A stretch of 64,000 bases of DNA, taken from a virus. Position 1 is the first letter of the stretch; each line of letters starts with the position of its first letter. The notes beneath the pieces are model-generated. The model was not told the DNA's origin and searched no databases. It was given only the letters and a program-made list of their open reading frames with translations. Shown here piece by piece: positions 1 through 9,300 of the stretch. The position numbers and the translations under genes were made by a program. The stretch covers positions 1-64,000 of the IMG/VR virus record IMGVR_UViG_3300025696_000001; one strand, written 5' to 3'.

Positions 1-1
1 A

Positions 2-304
2 AGAGATAATTTTACCACCGAAACTGATCCTCCTTATAGTGACCCAGAAGGAGATGAAGCATCTTTACTCAAAGTTACTAGCTTACCTCAATTAGGTGAA
101 TTATTTTTAAACAGTACGCCTGTATCAATTAATCAAATAATAGATTTTAATCAAATTGACAGTGGACAATTTACATATATATCAGATATATCAGATGATA
201 ATCCAAATGTTTACATAGAAGATTCAGAAGGAAATAGATTTTACACAACAACTTTTGAATTTGAAATAGCAGATGAAGGATCTGGAATATTTACAGCTCA
301 ATAA
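2..304 (+). CDS. 3' end of a window-truncated gene; tail-fibre/adhesin-like C-terminus
   Basis: Frame is open from the window edge to TAA at 302-304. Translation ..DPPYSDPEGDEASLLKVTSLPQLGELFLNSTPVSINQIIDFNQIDSGQFTYISD.. resembles cadherin/VCBS-type adhesin repeats. Confidence 0.4.
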   Translation, partial: RDNFTTETDPPYSDPEGDEASLLKVTSLPQLGELFLNSTPVSINQIIDFNQIDSGQFTYISDISDDNPNVYIEDSEGNRFYTTTFEFEIADEGSGIFTAQ

Positions 305-331
305 TTATTAACAAAAAAATTGCTCAAAATA

Positions 332-700
332 ATGAACCATACGGTAATGAAATTTAAAGAAAGAAAACATAAATTAATAACATATAAAGAAATAGAAGAT
401 CTTCCTTTTAATAAACAAATAGACTTTTCACAAGAACAGGATAATTCCATACTTTGTACAAGACTTGCTGATACAAAAACAGGAATGAGTTTTAGAGTGG
501 TAATGAAGAAAGGAAAAAAGTGGGAAGAGCATGAGCATGATTGTGATGAGACTATATTAATGTATAAAGGAATCCTTAAAGGATTACTAACTAAAACAAT
601 AGTATCAAGAGGTTCATTAATAGAAATGCCCGCTGGTACACATCACGAAATATATTCAGAAACAGACGCAGAATTTTACGTAGAATTTAAAAAACCCTAA
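332..700 (+). CDS. Cupin-fold protein
   Basis: Both cupin motifs are present: HEHDCDETILMYKG (HxH-x3-E-x6-G) and GSLIEMPAGTHH (G-x5-P-x-G-x2-H). ATG at 332 lies inside the ORF that the track opens at TTG 320. Confidence 0.6.
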   Translation: MNHTVMKFKERKHKLITYKEIEDLPFNKQIDFSQEQDNSILCTRLADTKTGMSFRVVMKKGKKWEEHEHDCDETILMYKGILKGLLTKTIVSRGSLIEMPAGTHHEIYSETDAEFYVEFKKP

Positions 701-713
701 AAAATAAGATATA

Positions 714-1112
714 ATGGAATGGTTATTAAATAACATCTTTCAAATAATAACCTTGCTGGGGATACCAATTACTTGGTTTGTAAAAGATAGGTATTTTACC
801 AAAAAAGATTTAAAAGATAGAGATGTTAATACTGAATCTAACCAGTCTGAAATTGTATCTAAAAATTTAGAGTTATATCAACGAATGCTCGATGATATAG
901 AAAAGAGATATGAAGAAAGGTTGTTTAAGTCAGACAGAGAAAGAGAAGAATTAGAAAATATTATAAAAGAATTAAAACAGATAATAAAGGAATTAGAACA
1001 AGCATTAGCAGAATCAACTGAATTAAACCATCAGTTAGAAATTAAAACCAAAAGATTTGTTAATGAAATAATTAATCTAAAAGCTAGATTAAAAGAACAA
1101 GATGAAAAATAA
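714..1112 (+). CDS. Membrane-anchored coiled-coil protein, holin/spanin-like lysis accessory
   Basis: N-terminal TM segment IFQIITLLGIPITWFV followed by a long K/E-rich coiled coil. Overlaps the start of the endolysin gene. Confidence 0.4.
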   Translation: MEWLLNNIFQIITLLGIPITWFVKDRYFTKKDLKDRDVNTESNQSEIVSKNLELYQRMLDDIEKRYEERLFKSDREREELENIIKELKQIIKELEQALAESTELNHQLEIKTKRFVNEIINLKARLKEQDEK

Positions 1113-1653
1113 TAATATGAAAGATCAATTACTTAAAAATCCAAATGCAGATAAACTTACTGTAGAAAGGATAGGTAAGGTACATCCATTTCTTAGAGAG
1201 GCTGTATATTGTATATATGAAGAAATTTGTAACAAAGTAAATTCACAATATACCAGAGTTAGATTTAGTGATACTTTAAGAACGTTTAAAGAACAAGATG
1301 AGCTATATAAACAAGGTCGTACTAAACCTGGCTCTAAAGTTACATGGGTACGTGGTGGAGGTTCTTATCATAATTATGGTCTTGCTGTGGATATAGTTCT
1401 TATTAGAGATAAGGATAAAAACGGATCTTTTGAAGCAGCTAGTTGGGATACTATATTTGATGGTGATGGTGATGGTATTGCTGATTGGGCTGAATGTGTA
1501 AAGATATTCAACAAGTATGATTGGCAATGGGGTCTTAAGCGTAGTAATGGTACTCGTTATGATTTACCTCATTTTCAAAGAACACTGGGTTATACAACAA
1601 AACAACTTAATGCATTACCTAAAGATGGTGATGGTTATCCAATAATAAAATAA
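1102..1653 (+). CDS. Peptidase M15 (VanY / L-Ala-D-Glu peptidase type) endolysin
   Basis: Motifs SDTLRTFKEQDELYKQGR, GGSYHNYGLAVDIV and DLPHFQ match the zinc D,D/L,D-peptidase M15 signature. Confidence 0.8.
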   Translation: MKNNNMKDQLLKNPNADKLTVERIGKVHPFLREAVYCIYEEICNKVNSQYTRVRFSDTLRTFKEQDELYKQGRTKPGSKVTWVRGGGSYHNYGLAVDIVLIRDKDKNGSFEAASWDTIFDGDGDGIADWAECVKIFNKYDWQWGLKRSNGTRYDLPHFQRTLGYTTKQLNALPKDGDGYPIIK

Positions 1654-2270
1654 TGAAAATAACAGATAAAGTTAAAGACATAAGTCTTTTGGTATTAAGT
1701 ATTCTAGTAATACTGTTTGGATTTTTATACTTCAATAGAGTTGATGACGAAATGGTGGTAGAAGTTCCTGTAAAAATAGAAGTTCCAGTTCCTATAGTAG
1801 AAAAACAATTTGATACTATATATGAACCATATCCTGTATACGTTAAACCTGATACAGTTAAGGTAGTAGAATACAGAAATAGTGATATTCAAACCAAGGA
1901 TAGTTTGTACGTAGTAGCTACAGCTAAACGTAAGTATACCAATGTGTATGAAGATGAATATCTTGTTGCAACAGTAAATAGTGAAACAAGTGGTTTTTTA
2001 AATAAAGAAACTTTTGGTTATAAAACTAAACCTAGATCTATTGCAGTAGATACTGTTGTGCCAGTTACAATAGATGTTCCTTATAGATCAAGAATATTTA
2101 TAGGTGGTGAAGTTTCAGCTCCCGTATTAACAGGTGTTTTAACTCAAGATCTAATAAGACAAAGTGCCAGAGCTGAGATAGGAGCTGGTATAGATACCAA
2201 GAATTATATATTCAAGGGATCATTAGCAACAGATGGTTTTGTAGGACTAGGTGTATATTATAAGTTCTAA
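1653..2270 (+). CDS. N-terminally anchored membrane protein, function unknown (possible lysis accessory)
   Basis: TM segment ISLLVLSILVILFGFLYF. ATGA overlap with the endolysin stop. TAA stop. Confidence 0.5.
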   Translation: MKITDKVKDISLLVLSILVILFGFLYFNRVDDEMVVEVPVKIEVPVPIVEKQFDTIYEPYPVYVKPDTVKVVEYRNSDIQTKDSLYVVATAKRKYTNVYEDEYLVATVNSETSGFLNKETFGYKTKPRSIAVDTVVPVTIDVPYRSRIFIGGEVSAPVLTGVLTQDLIRQSARAEIGAGIDTKNYIFKGSLATDGFVGLGVYYKF

Positions 2271-2357
2271 TATTATAAAATAATATAAAATAAACCTTTA
2301 TTTATTAGGTTATTAAAAATATTGTTCGTAACTTTGTAATGAACTTAAATTATAAAT

Positions 2358-2942
2358 ATGAAATCTTATATTAATTACTATGTTTATTCACATATAAATA
2401 AAGAAAATAATGAAATATTTTATATAGGAATTGGATCTACTGTAAATGAAAACGAATATAAAAGATCTAATACTAAATTTCATAGAAATAATTTTTGGAA
2501 AAATTATACTAATAAGTACAGTTATAAAGTGGAAATCTTATATGAAAATATAAATAAAAAATCAGCTATAGATTTTGAAATATTTTTAATAAAATTATAT
2601 GGTCGCAGAGATCTTAATGAGGGTACTTTAGTTAATTTAACCGATGGAGGAGAAGGAATAAAAAGATATAAACATACTAAGGAAACTAAAAACAAAATGT
2701 CCAAATCTCATTTAGGAAAAGTAATGAGTAAAAAAACAAAACAAAAACTTAGTAATTTCAGAAAAGATATACCTTCTAATAGATGTAAACCTGTAATAGA
2801 TAATAAAACTGGAGTAATTTATAATTCATTAAAAGAAGCTTGTAAACATTACGATTTTAAATATAGAACATTACATGCTATGCTTATTGGTCAAAATCCA
2901 AATAAAAGCAACTTAACTTATATTAAAAAAAATGGAAATTAA
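2358..2942 (+). CDS. Free-standing GIY-YIG homing endonuclease (I-TevI-like architecture)
   Basis: YVYSH..EIFYIGIG (GIY-YIG). NUMOD3-like repeats HTKETKNKMSKSHLGK and SKKTKQKLSNF. C-terminal HTH-like PVIDNKTGVIYNSLKEACKHY. Confidence 0.8.
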   Translation: MKSYINYYVYSHINKENNEIFYIGIGSTVNENEYKRSNTKFHRNNFWKNYTNKYSYKVEILYENINKKSAIDFEIFLIKLYGRRDLNEGTLVNLTDGGEGIKRYKHTKETKNKMSKSHLGKVMSKKTKQKLSNFRKDIPSNRCKPVIDNKTGVIYNSLKEACKHYDFKYRTLHAMLIGQNPNKSNLTYIKKNGN

Positions 2943-3864
2943 AAAAATTAAACAATTTTTACGAGATAAGCCTGGATATCTTAAAAAGTCAGGAGTAGTA
3001 TTAGCTGAAAGGTTATTTGATAACCCTACTGACGAAGAAGTAGTAAATTGTTACAATGCATTAGCTGAAGTTAAACTACAGCTTAAAGAGGCTGAAATGA
3101 AGCCACAAGAACAAGGAGGTAAAGTATTAATTTACGATATAGAAACCAGTCCTAACATTGGATGGTTTTGGAGAGCTGGTTATAAGCTTAATATCTCACC
3201 AGAAAATATAACTAAAGAAAGAGCAATTATATGTGTGTCTTATAAATGGTTAGGTGAAGATGAAGTATATAGTCTTAGATGGGATAATGATCAATGTGAT
3301 AAATTTCTTATTGAACAGTTTGTAGAGGTAATGAATGAAGCTGATCTTATGGTAGCTCACAACGGTGATAGATTTGATCTTAAATGGATTAAGACTAGAG
3401 CATTATTTCATAGTATTACCAGTATGTTAATTGATTATAAATCACTTGATACACTTAAACTAGCTAAAAAGAAATTTAACTTCAACAGTAATAGACTTGA
3501 TTATATAGCTAAATACCTTGGATTTGAAGGTAAGATTAAAACTACAATAGGTCTTTGGACTGATATAGTCTTTAAAAAAGATGAACAGGCTCTTAAGGAA
3601 ATGATTGAATACTGTGAAGAAGATGTTAGACAACTTGAAAAAGTATATTGTAAGCTTGTTGGATGGGAGAAACCTAAGTTCCATGCAGGTGTATTGGAAG
3701 GAAAGGAGAGATTTAGTTCACCAATTAGCGGAGGCTATAACCTAAAGAAAATTAAAGAAACTGTAACTACAGCAGGAACAGTTAAACATATAATGAAAGA
3801 TCTAGATACAGATAGAATGTTTGAAATGAATGATTCAAACTATCGTAAATATTTAGACAGATAA
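2932..3864 (+). CDS. DEDD-type 3'-5' exonuclease (DnaQ / PolB-exo-like)
   Basis: ExoI LIYDIETS, ExoII AHNGDRFDL, ExoIII YCEEDVRQL. Confidence 0.7.
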   Translation: MEIKKIKQFLRDKPGYLKKSGVVLAERLFDNPTDEEVVNCYNALAEVKLQLKEAEMKPQEQGGKVLIYDIETSPNIGWFWRAGYKLNISPENITKERAIICVSYKWLGEDEVYSLRWDNDQCDKFLIEQFVEVMNEADLMVAHNGDRFDLKWIKTRALFHSITSMLIDYKSLDTLKLAKKKFNFNSNRLDYIAKYLGFEGKIKTTIGLWTDIVFKKDEQALKEMIEYCEEDVRQLEKVYCKLVGWEKPKFHAGVLEGKERFSSPISGGYNLKKIKETVTTAGTVKHIMKDLDTDRMFEMNDSNYRKYLDR

Positions 3865-3887
3865 ACAAATAATTTAAGTTGAGTGTA

Positions 3888-3918
3888 AATCTCTCTCTAA
3901 TACAGGGAGAGATTTTTT
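3888..3918 (+). terminator. Intrinsic terminator
   Basis: 10-bp stem AAUCUCUCUC / GGGAGAGAUU, 7-nt loop, followed by a U-run. Lies between the exonuclease stop and the next ATG. Confidence 0.7.
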
Positions 3919-3929
3919 ATTTAAAAACT

Positions 3930-4613
3930 ATGGCAAAACTAGAAGAAATATATTACGACATAATAGAAGGTATTAAAGAATATTCAGATGATTCTGAATT
4001 TAGCTATGAATACATAATCTATTTATACAATATCAAAAGGGCTAAGTACCTTAAACAAAAACTTGATCAATTAGGTCGTAAGTTTGATAATAGAACCTTA
4101 CAATCACTTTGTTTGACTTTAGAAGAGGTAGATTCAAATATGTGTGGAATAGAAGGTTGTGAAAAGATAATGCGTACTAAACAAGTATTACCTAAACTAT
4201 TACAACTTAGTGATAAGGATGCAGTTGAAAGAATATCACCATCAGATCAGTTAAGTAAAAAATACAATACCATTCCTAGAGAAAAGGCTGTTTACTACTT
4301 GAATAGTAATTTTGCAAGTAAGATAAAAGCATATATTCATAATGATGGTCATATATATTTAATATCATCACAGCCAGTATTTACTGATTGTATAACCATA
4401 AGTGGTGTATTTGAAGATCCTCTTAGTTTAAAAGAATATAAAAACTGTTGTGATTGTGATGATTTAAGTTCTGTATGTTTTGATGAAGCTACTACTGATT
4501 ATCCAATTACACCTGATTTACTTGATTTAATAAGAACAGAAATCATTAATGAACTATTAGGAAGAAAAGATCCTAGACTACAAGACAAAGATAACGACTC
4601 AGATGATCAATAA
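3930..4613 (+). CDS. Hypothetical virion-module protein
   Basis: First ATG after the terminator, in frame with track ORF 3879..4613. Acidic C-terminus. No motif recognised. Confidence 0.6.
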   Translation: MAKLEEIYYDIIEGIKEYSDDSEFSYEYIIYLYNIKRAKYLKQKLDQLGRKFDNRTLQSLCLTLEEVDSNMCGIEGCEKIMRTKQVLPKLLQLSDKDAVERISPSDQLSKKYNTIPREKAVYYLNSNFASKIKAYIHNDGHIYLISSQPVFTDCITISGVFEDPLSLKEYKNCCDCDDLSSVCFDEATTDYPITPDLLDLIRTEIINELLGRKDPRLQDKDNDSDDQ

Positions 4614-5115
4614 AATAAAATCACATTACGGAATAAATGATTATTATAAATATTATAAATCAAAGTATCCCAACGATAATATATCTAAAAAGGATTTTAA
4701 AAATATATTTACTATTTTTAATAAAGAACTTACCAAAGAAATTATAGAAAAAGGTAAAGTTAAGCTACCAAAGAGATTTGGTGAAATAGAAATTATAAAA
4801 AAGAAAAGAGAAGTTTATATAAATAAAGAAGGTGTTGTAATAAACAATAAACCTATTGATTGGAAAGCTACAAAAGATCTTTGGGCTATTAATGATGAGG
4901 CTAAAGAAAATAAAGTTCTTATAAGACATAATAACAAACATACTGGAGGCTATGTCTTTAGAATTGCATACAATAAAAAAGTGGCTAAATATAAAAACAA
5001 GTCTGTTTATTTTTTCAAACCAGTAAGAGATTTTTCAAGAAGTATTAATAAAAGGATAAAAGATTACTCAAAAAGTAAGTTTGATGCCTATGTAAAAAAA
5101 GATTATCATGTATAA
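4603..5115 (+). CDS. Possible HU/IHF-like DNA-binding protein
   Basis: ISKKDFKNIFTIFNKELTKEIIEKGKVKLPKRFGEIEIIKKK follows the HU/IHF pattern (sKKD..i...l..G..V.L..fG.f.v). crAss-like phages carry an IHF-like gene in this module. Confidence 0.4.
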   Translation: MINKIKSHYGINDYYKYYKSKYPNDNISKKDFKNIFTIFNKELTKEIIEKGKVKLPKRFGEIEIIKKKREVYINKEGVVINNKPIDWKATKDLWAINDEAKENKVLIRHNNKHTGGYVFRIAYNKKVAKYKNKSVYFFKPVRDFSRSINKRIKDYSKSKFDAYVKKDYHV

Positions 5116-5605
5116 TGATTTACCATATCATAAACGACCTGATTATATATTAAAAAAGAAAGAATACGATAAAAAATATAGATCTCAAGAACATGTTAAA
5201 GCTAAGGCTAGATTATTTATGACATCAGAAGATCAAAAAAAGAAAAGAAGAATTAGAGATAAAAAAAGATACCATAATGATAAATTATATAAATTAAGAT
5301 CTTGTATAAAAGCTAATATGTTAACTCAACTTAAAAACGGAGGTTATACAAAAAAATCTAGAATGAATAAAATATTAGGTTATAGTTATGAGGAATTAAT
5401 TATACATTTAGAGAGTCAATTTAAAGAAGGTATGACATGGGATAATCATGGTGAATGGCATATAGATCATATAATACCTTTAATGGCAGCAAATAATAAT
5501 GATCAGTTTATGAAATTATGGAATTATGAAAATCTTCAACCTCTTTGGGCAAGTGAAAATTTAGCTAAAAGAAATGAAGATAGTTTATTAACATTTAAAA
5601 TATAA
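5108..5605 (+). CDS. Free-standing HNH endonuclease
   Basis: HGEWHIDHIIPL...NYENLQPLWASENLAKRN (H-N-H core). Confidence 0.75.
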   Translation: MYNDLPYHKRPDYILKKKEYDKKYRSQEHVKAKARLFMTSEDQKKKRRIRDKKRYHNDKLYKLRSCIKANMLTQLKNGGYTKKSRMNKILGYSYEELIIHLESQFKEGMTWDNHGEWHIDHIIPLMAANNNDQFMKLWNYENLQPLWASENLAKRNEDSLLTFKI

Positions 5606-5658
5606 ATATTTTGTACAACGGAAAAAATGTATCTTTTCAAAAGGTACTATGGAGAGTA

Positions 5659-6354
5659 ATGAATAAATCATTTATGTCTGACATAAGTGAAGAACAAGCT
5701 GCTGATTATGCTTATGAGCTAATTAGAAGATTACAAATGGGTTTTTTACTAAATGCTAAACCTGAAACTTTAAAAATAGTAAACCACAAGGCTAAGTTAC
5801 CCAACGATCTTGTTACACTTAGAGGTGTGAGATATAAGGTAGATAAACAATCATCATCTTATCTCTCAATGAGATATAATGGTGATATTTTTGCTAGTGG
5901 TTATCACTGTGAAGAATATGAACAAGACAAAGCTTGTGATATAACATATACACTCAATGACAACTACATAGATGTATCAGAAAAAGATGGGTTTGTAGAA
6001 TTATCTTATTATGCAATTATACTTGATGAAGATGGGTATCCCAAGATTCCAGATAATCAATCATTTCAAGATGCATTGTACTATTATATAATTAAAGAAC
6101 ATCTATTTGGTCTTACTGCAATAGGAAAGGTTTCAGAACGTTTTTATAATAGAGTGGAGCAAGAATATGCATGGGCAGTTGGACAAGCTACAAATAGTCT
6201 TAAATTAGCTGGTATGGATCATTGGGATACCACCATGAAAGGTATAAATAGACTTATACATGATTCTTCAATGTCAACAGGAGGATTCAAGGGATTACAT
6301 CAACAGGAGCAGATTAGACATAGACATGGTAACAGTAATAATTTAAAAGGATAA
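5659..6354 (+). CDS. Hypothetical tail/virion protein
   Basis: First in-frame ATG of the ORF that the track opens at TTG 5611. Sits directly upstream of the 1312-aa tail giant. Any 'ring protein' label would rest on position alone. Confidence 0.55.
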   Translation: MNKSFMSDISEEQAADYAYELIRRLQMGFLLNAKPETLKIVNHKAKLPNDLVTLRGVRYKVDKQSSSYLSMRYNGDIFASGYHCEEYEQDKACDITYTLNDNYIDVSEKDGFVELSYYAIILDEDGYPKIPDNQSFQDALYYYIIKEHLFGLTAIGKVSERFYNRVEQEYAWAVGQATNSLKLAGMDHWDTTMKGINRLIHDSSMSTGGFKGLHQQEQIRHRHGNSNNLKG

Positions 6355-6358
6355 AGAT

Positions 6359-9300
6359 ATGCCTATTAAAAGTGCAAAATATACGTATGGTGGAATGAAT
6401 CAGGATCAAAGTAGATCCAAGCACAATCCGTCATTATACTTTGAAGGTAAGCACATTAGAATTACAAGTGAGGATTCTCAAACTACAGGTAGTGTGGTCA
6501 ATGAAAAAGGTACTAAAAAAGTGTTTAGTATACCTAATGATTTGTCTATTAATACCATTGGTAAAGTAATTACCTATAATGATAAATCCATATCTTATAA
6601 AAATTCTAAAATTGATAATCTTATAGTAAGTAATAACCACCTTATAATAGGTAGTGTAGTTACTAAGAATTCTATAATACTTATAACCAATTCTGGATCT
6701 ATTGATTGTATATGGGAAGTTAAGAATATATATGATAATACATATAATATTGAACTACTCTATATTGGTAATCTTGAAATGTCAATTGATAATCCAGTAC
6801 AGATTATATATAACTACGAGAATGAAATTAATGAAAAAATATATTGGGTTGATGGAAAAAATCAATTAAGGTTTTTAAATTTAAGACATTCAATAGAAAA
6901 TGGAGATAAGGAAAACCTTATAGATCTAGATGATGATTTAATTAATACAGTGGGTAATATATCAATGTCACAACCTGTTGTTACTGGATTATCACAAGGT
7001 GGTATTCATACATCAGGTATGGTACAATATGCTTACAATCTTTATAAAACAAACCTTAGTCAAAGTACACTTAGTCCATTTACTCCATTAATACCTTTAT
7101 CAAAGGGACTTTATACAAAAGGAGGAAATGTAAATGAAATTGTTGGAACCATTCCAATATTACAAATACCAAATATAGATTCTTCATATACTAATATAAA
7201 AGTATATGCAATTAAATATACCTCATTAAATGAAGATCCATCTGTATCACTTATAGCAGATAGAGCAATACCTGATAATAACTTTGTAACAATATATGAT
7301 GATGGTAATGTTATATCCAATTTATCAATAGAAGAATTTGCTTTCCTTGGATCAGATCCAATAGTACCCAAACATATAGAAAGTAAGGACAATCAATTGT
7401 TTTTATTTAATACAAAAGAGCAATCTTATAGTATTAAAGGATTGGATACAAGAGCCTACTCATTTAATTCTTCAGGGTCTTCATCACTTGCTACTTCACA
7501 AAATCCAATTGTTAACGGTAAACCAAGTGGAGCATTTACACAAGTACCTACTACATATACAATTAATCCAACTCATGATTCCATTAATCCAGATTATAGT
7601 GTATTTAAATATCAAAAAAATGGAACAGTACTAGGAGGAGAAGGTAAGTATCTAAAATATGAACTTAGTACCACCAATTTAAATAATGGACTGAACCAGT
7701 ATCTTAAATCAAATGAAATATATAGAATATCAATAGAGTTCTATAATAAGAAAGGTCAGCGTAGTCTACCTGAGTGGATTGCTGACTTTATTGCACCTGA
7801 TAACAATCTAAACAATAAGTTTAATACACTAACATTAACTCTTAAACCAGAATTCTATACATTTATAAATTCATTAAATGAGGATGAAAGACCTGTAGGT
7901 TATAAAGTACTTAGAGCAGATAGAACAATATCAGATAGAACTATACTTTGTCAAGGTCCTATTAATGGAATGATCGCAAATAAGATAGATAGTTCTCAAA
8001 AATGGTACCCTGGCAAATCAGGATTTCCTGAAATATTGTTTGATCAACAAGTAGTTAAATATCCAAGTTTAATTAGAACTTTTGATGATGTAAAACCAAT
8101 ACTTAGAAATACTGATTATTTACCATTGGCTTATGCAAACCATACTGACACTGGATTTGATAGATTAGGTGGAGCTGCTGATAGTGAAGGATTCAAAAAT
8201 CAAGATCCAAATGGGCGGAGAGGGCAATTGTTTCAATTCAATAAATTGATGCAAATGTATTCACCTGATATATTATTTAACAATGTGGTACCTGATAGAT
8301 CATATGATTTAAATATTAAGGGTATAAAAGAATCAAGTAGTAATCAAGCATGGAATGCTGAAATAAATACAATAAGTAAAGAAGTAGTCAATTCAAGTAA
8401 AATAGATAACGGAGTTACTCACTTTACACCTGGGGCAACACTAACACCAATAGTAGGTAGTCCAGCAGGACCATCTGATAGAGGTATATTTTCTCCAGCA
8501 GGAAGAGATAATGTAAATAATTATTTCCAGTTTTATAGGGAATTCAATGGTTCTTTTGAATCATCAAATCGTTCTTATAATATATATGGTAGTCCTGAAG
8601 TACAGGTATTGGGTCAGGGAATAGAATCTTATAATTCTGATTCTGAATTTAGATATAGTAATAATTATCAAACCATACTTCAAGATAGGAATGTACAGGG
8701 AGCTAATTCCAATTCAATTAATTCAATTACTTTTGCTGAAGGTCCAGATGAAGTTTCCTTTCCAAACAATCAAAGAAAATCATTGGATCAGATATATAAT
8801 GAATGTAATTTCAATATAACAAATGGTATAATTATAGCAGAACTTAAAAAACCAGAATCTTATATATATGAGGGTAATGTATATGGAGGTAATAATTATG
8901 AGGCAAAACGTCGTACTGACTATATTGAAATAGGTAATTATAAGAATATAGCTGATTCTACAAACGTTATAAATTCACCTGGAGATACATATGTATCTAA
9001 TTTTACATTTACAAAGATATCTAAGGATGATGTTGATTTGGTAGATAATACAAAATATCAAATAACTGAAATAGTTTCTTTACCTTTAGAAACAACTGTT
9101 GATTTAAAAAATAGAAATGATAATTCAAGAGATCAATGGGATGCTACATTTCAACCTGAATATGATGACTTTCAAAAATACAATAGAGTATATAGTCAGA
9201 AAAACAATATATTTAAAAGACGTAATGTAGATGCCAATTTTAAAGAGGTAAAAGAATTTGGAACAACCATATTAGCTAGTAAAAAGAAAATAGCAGGAGA

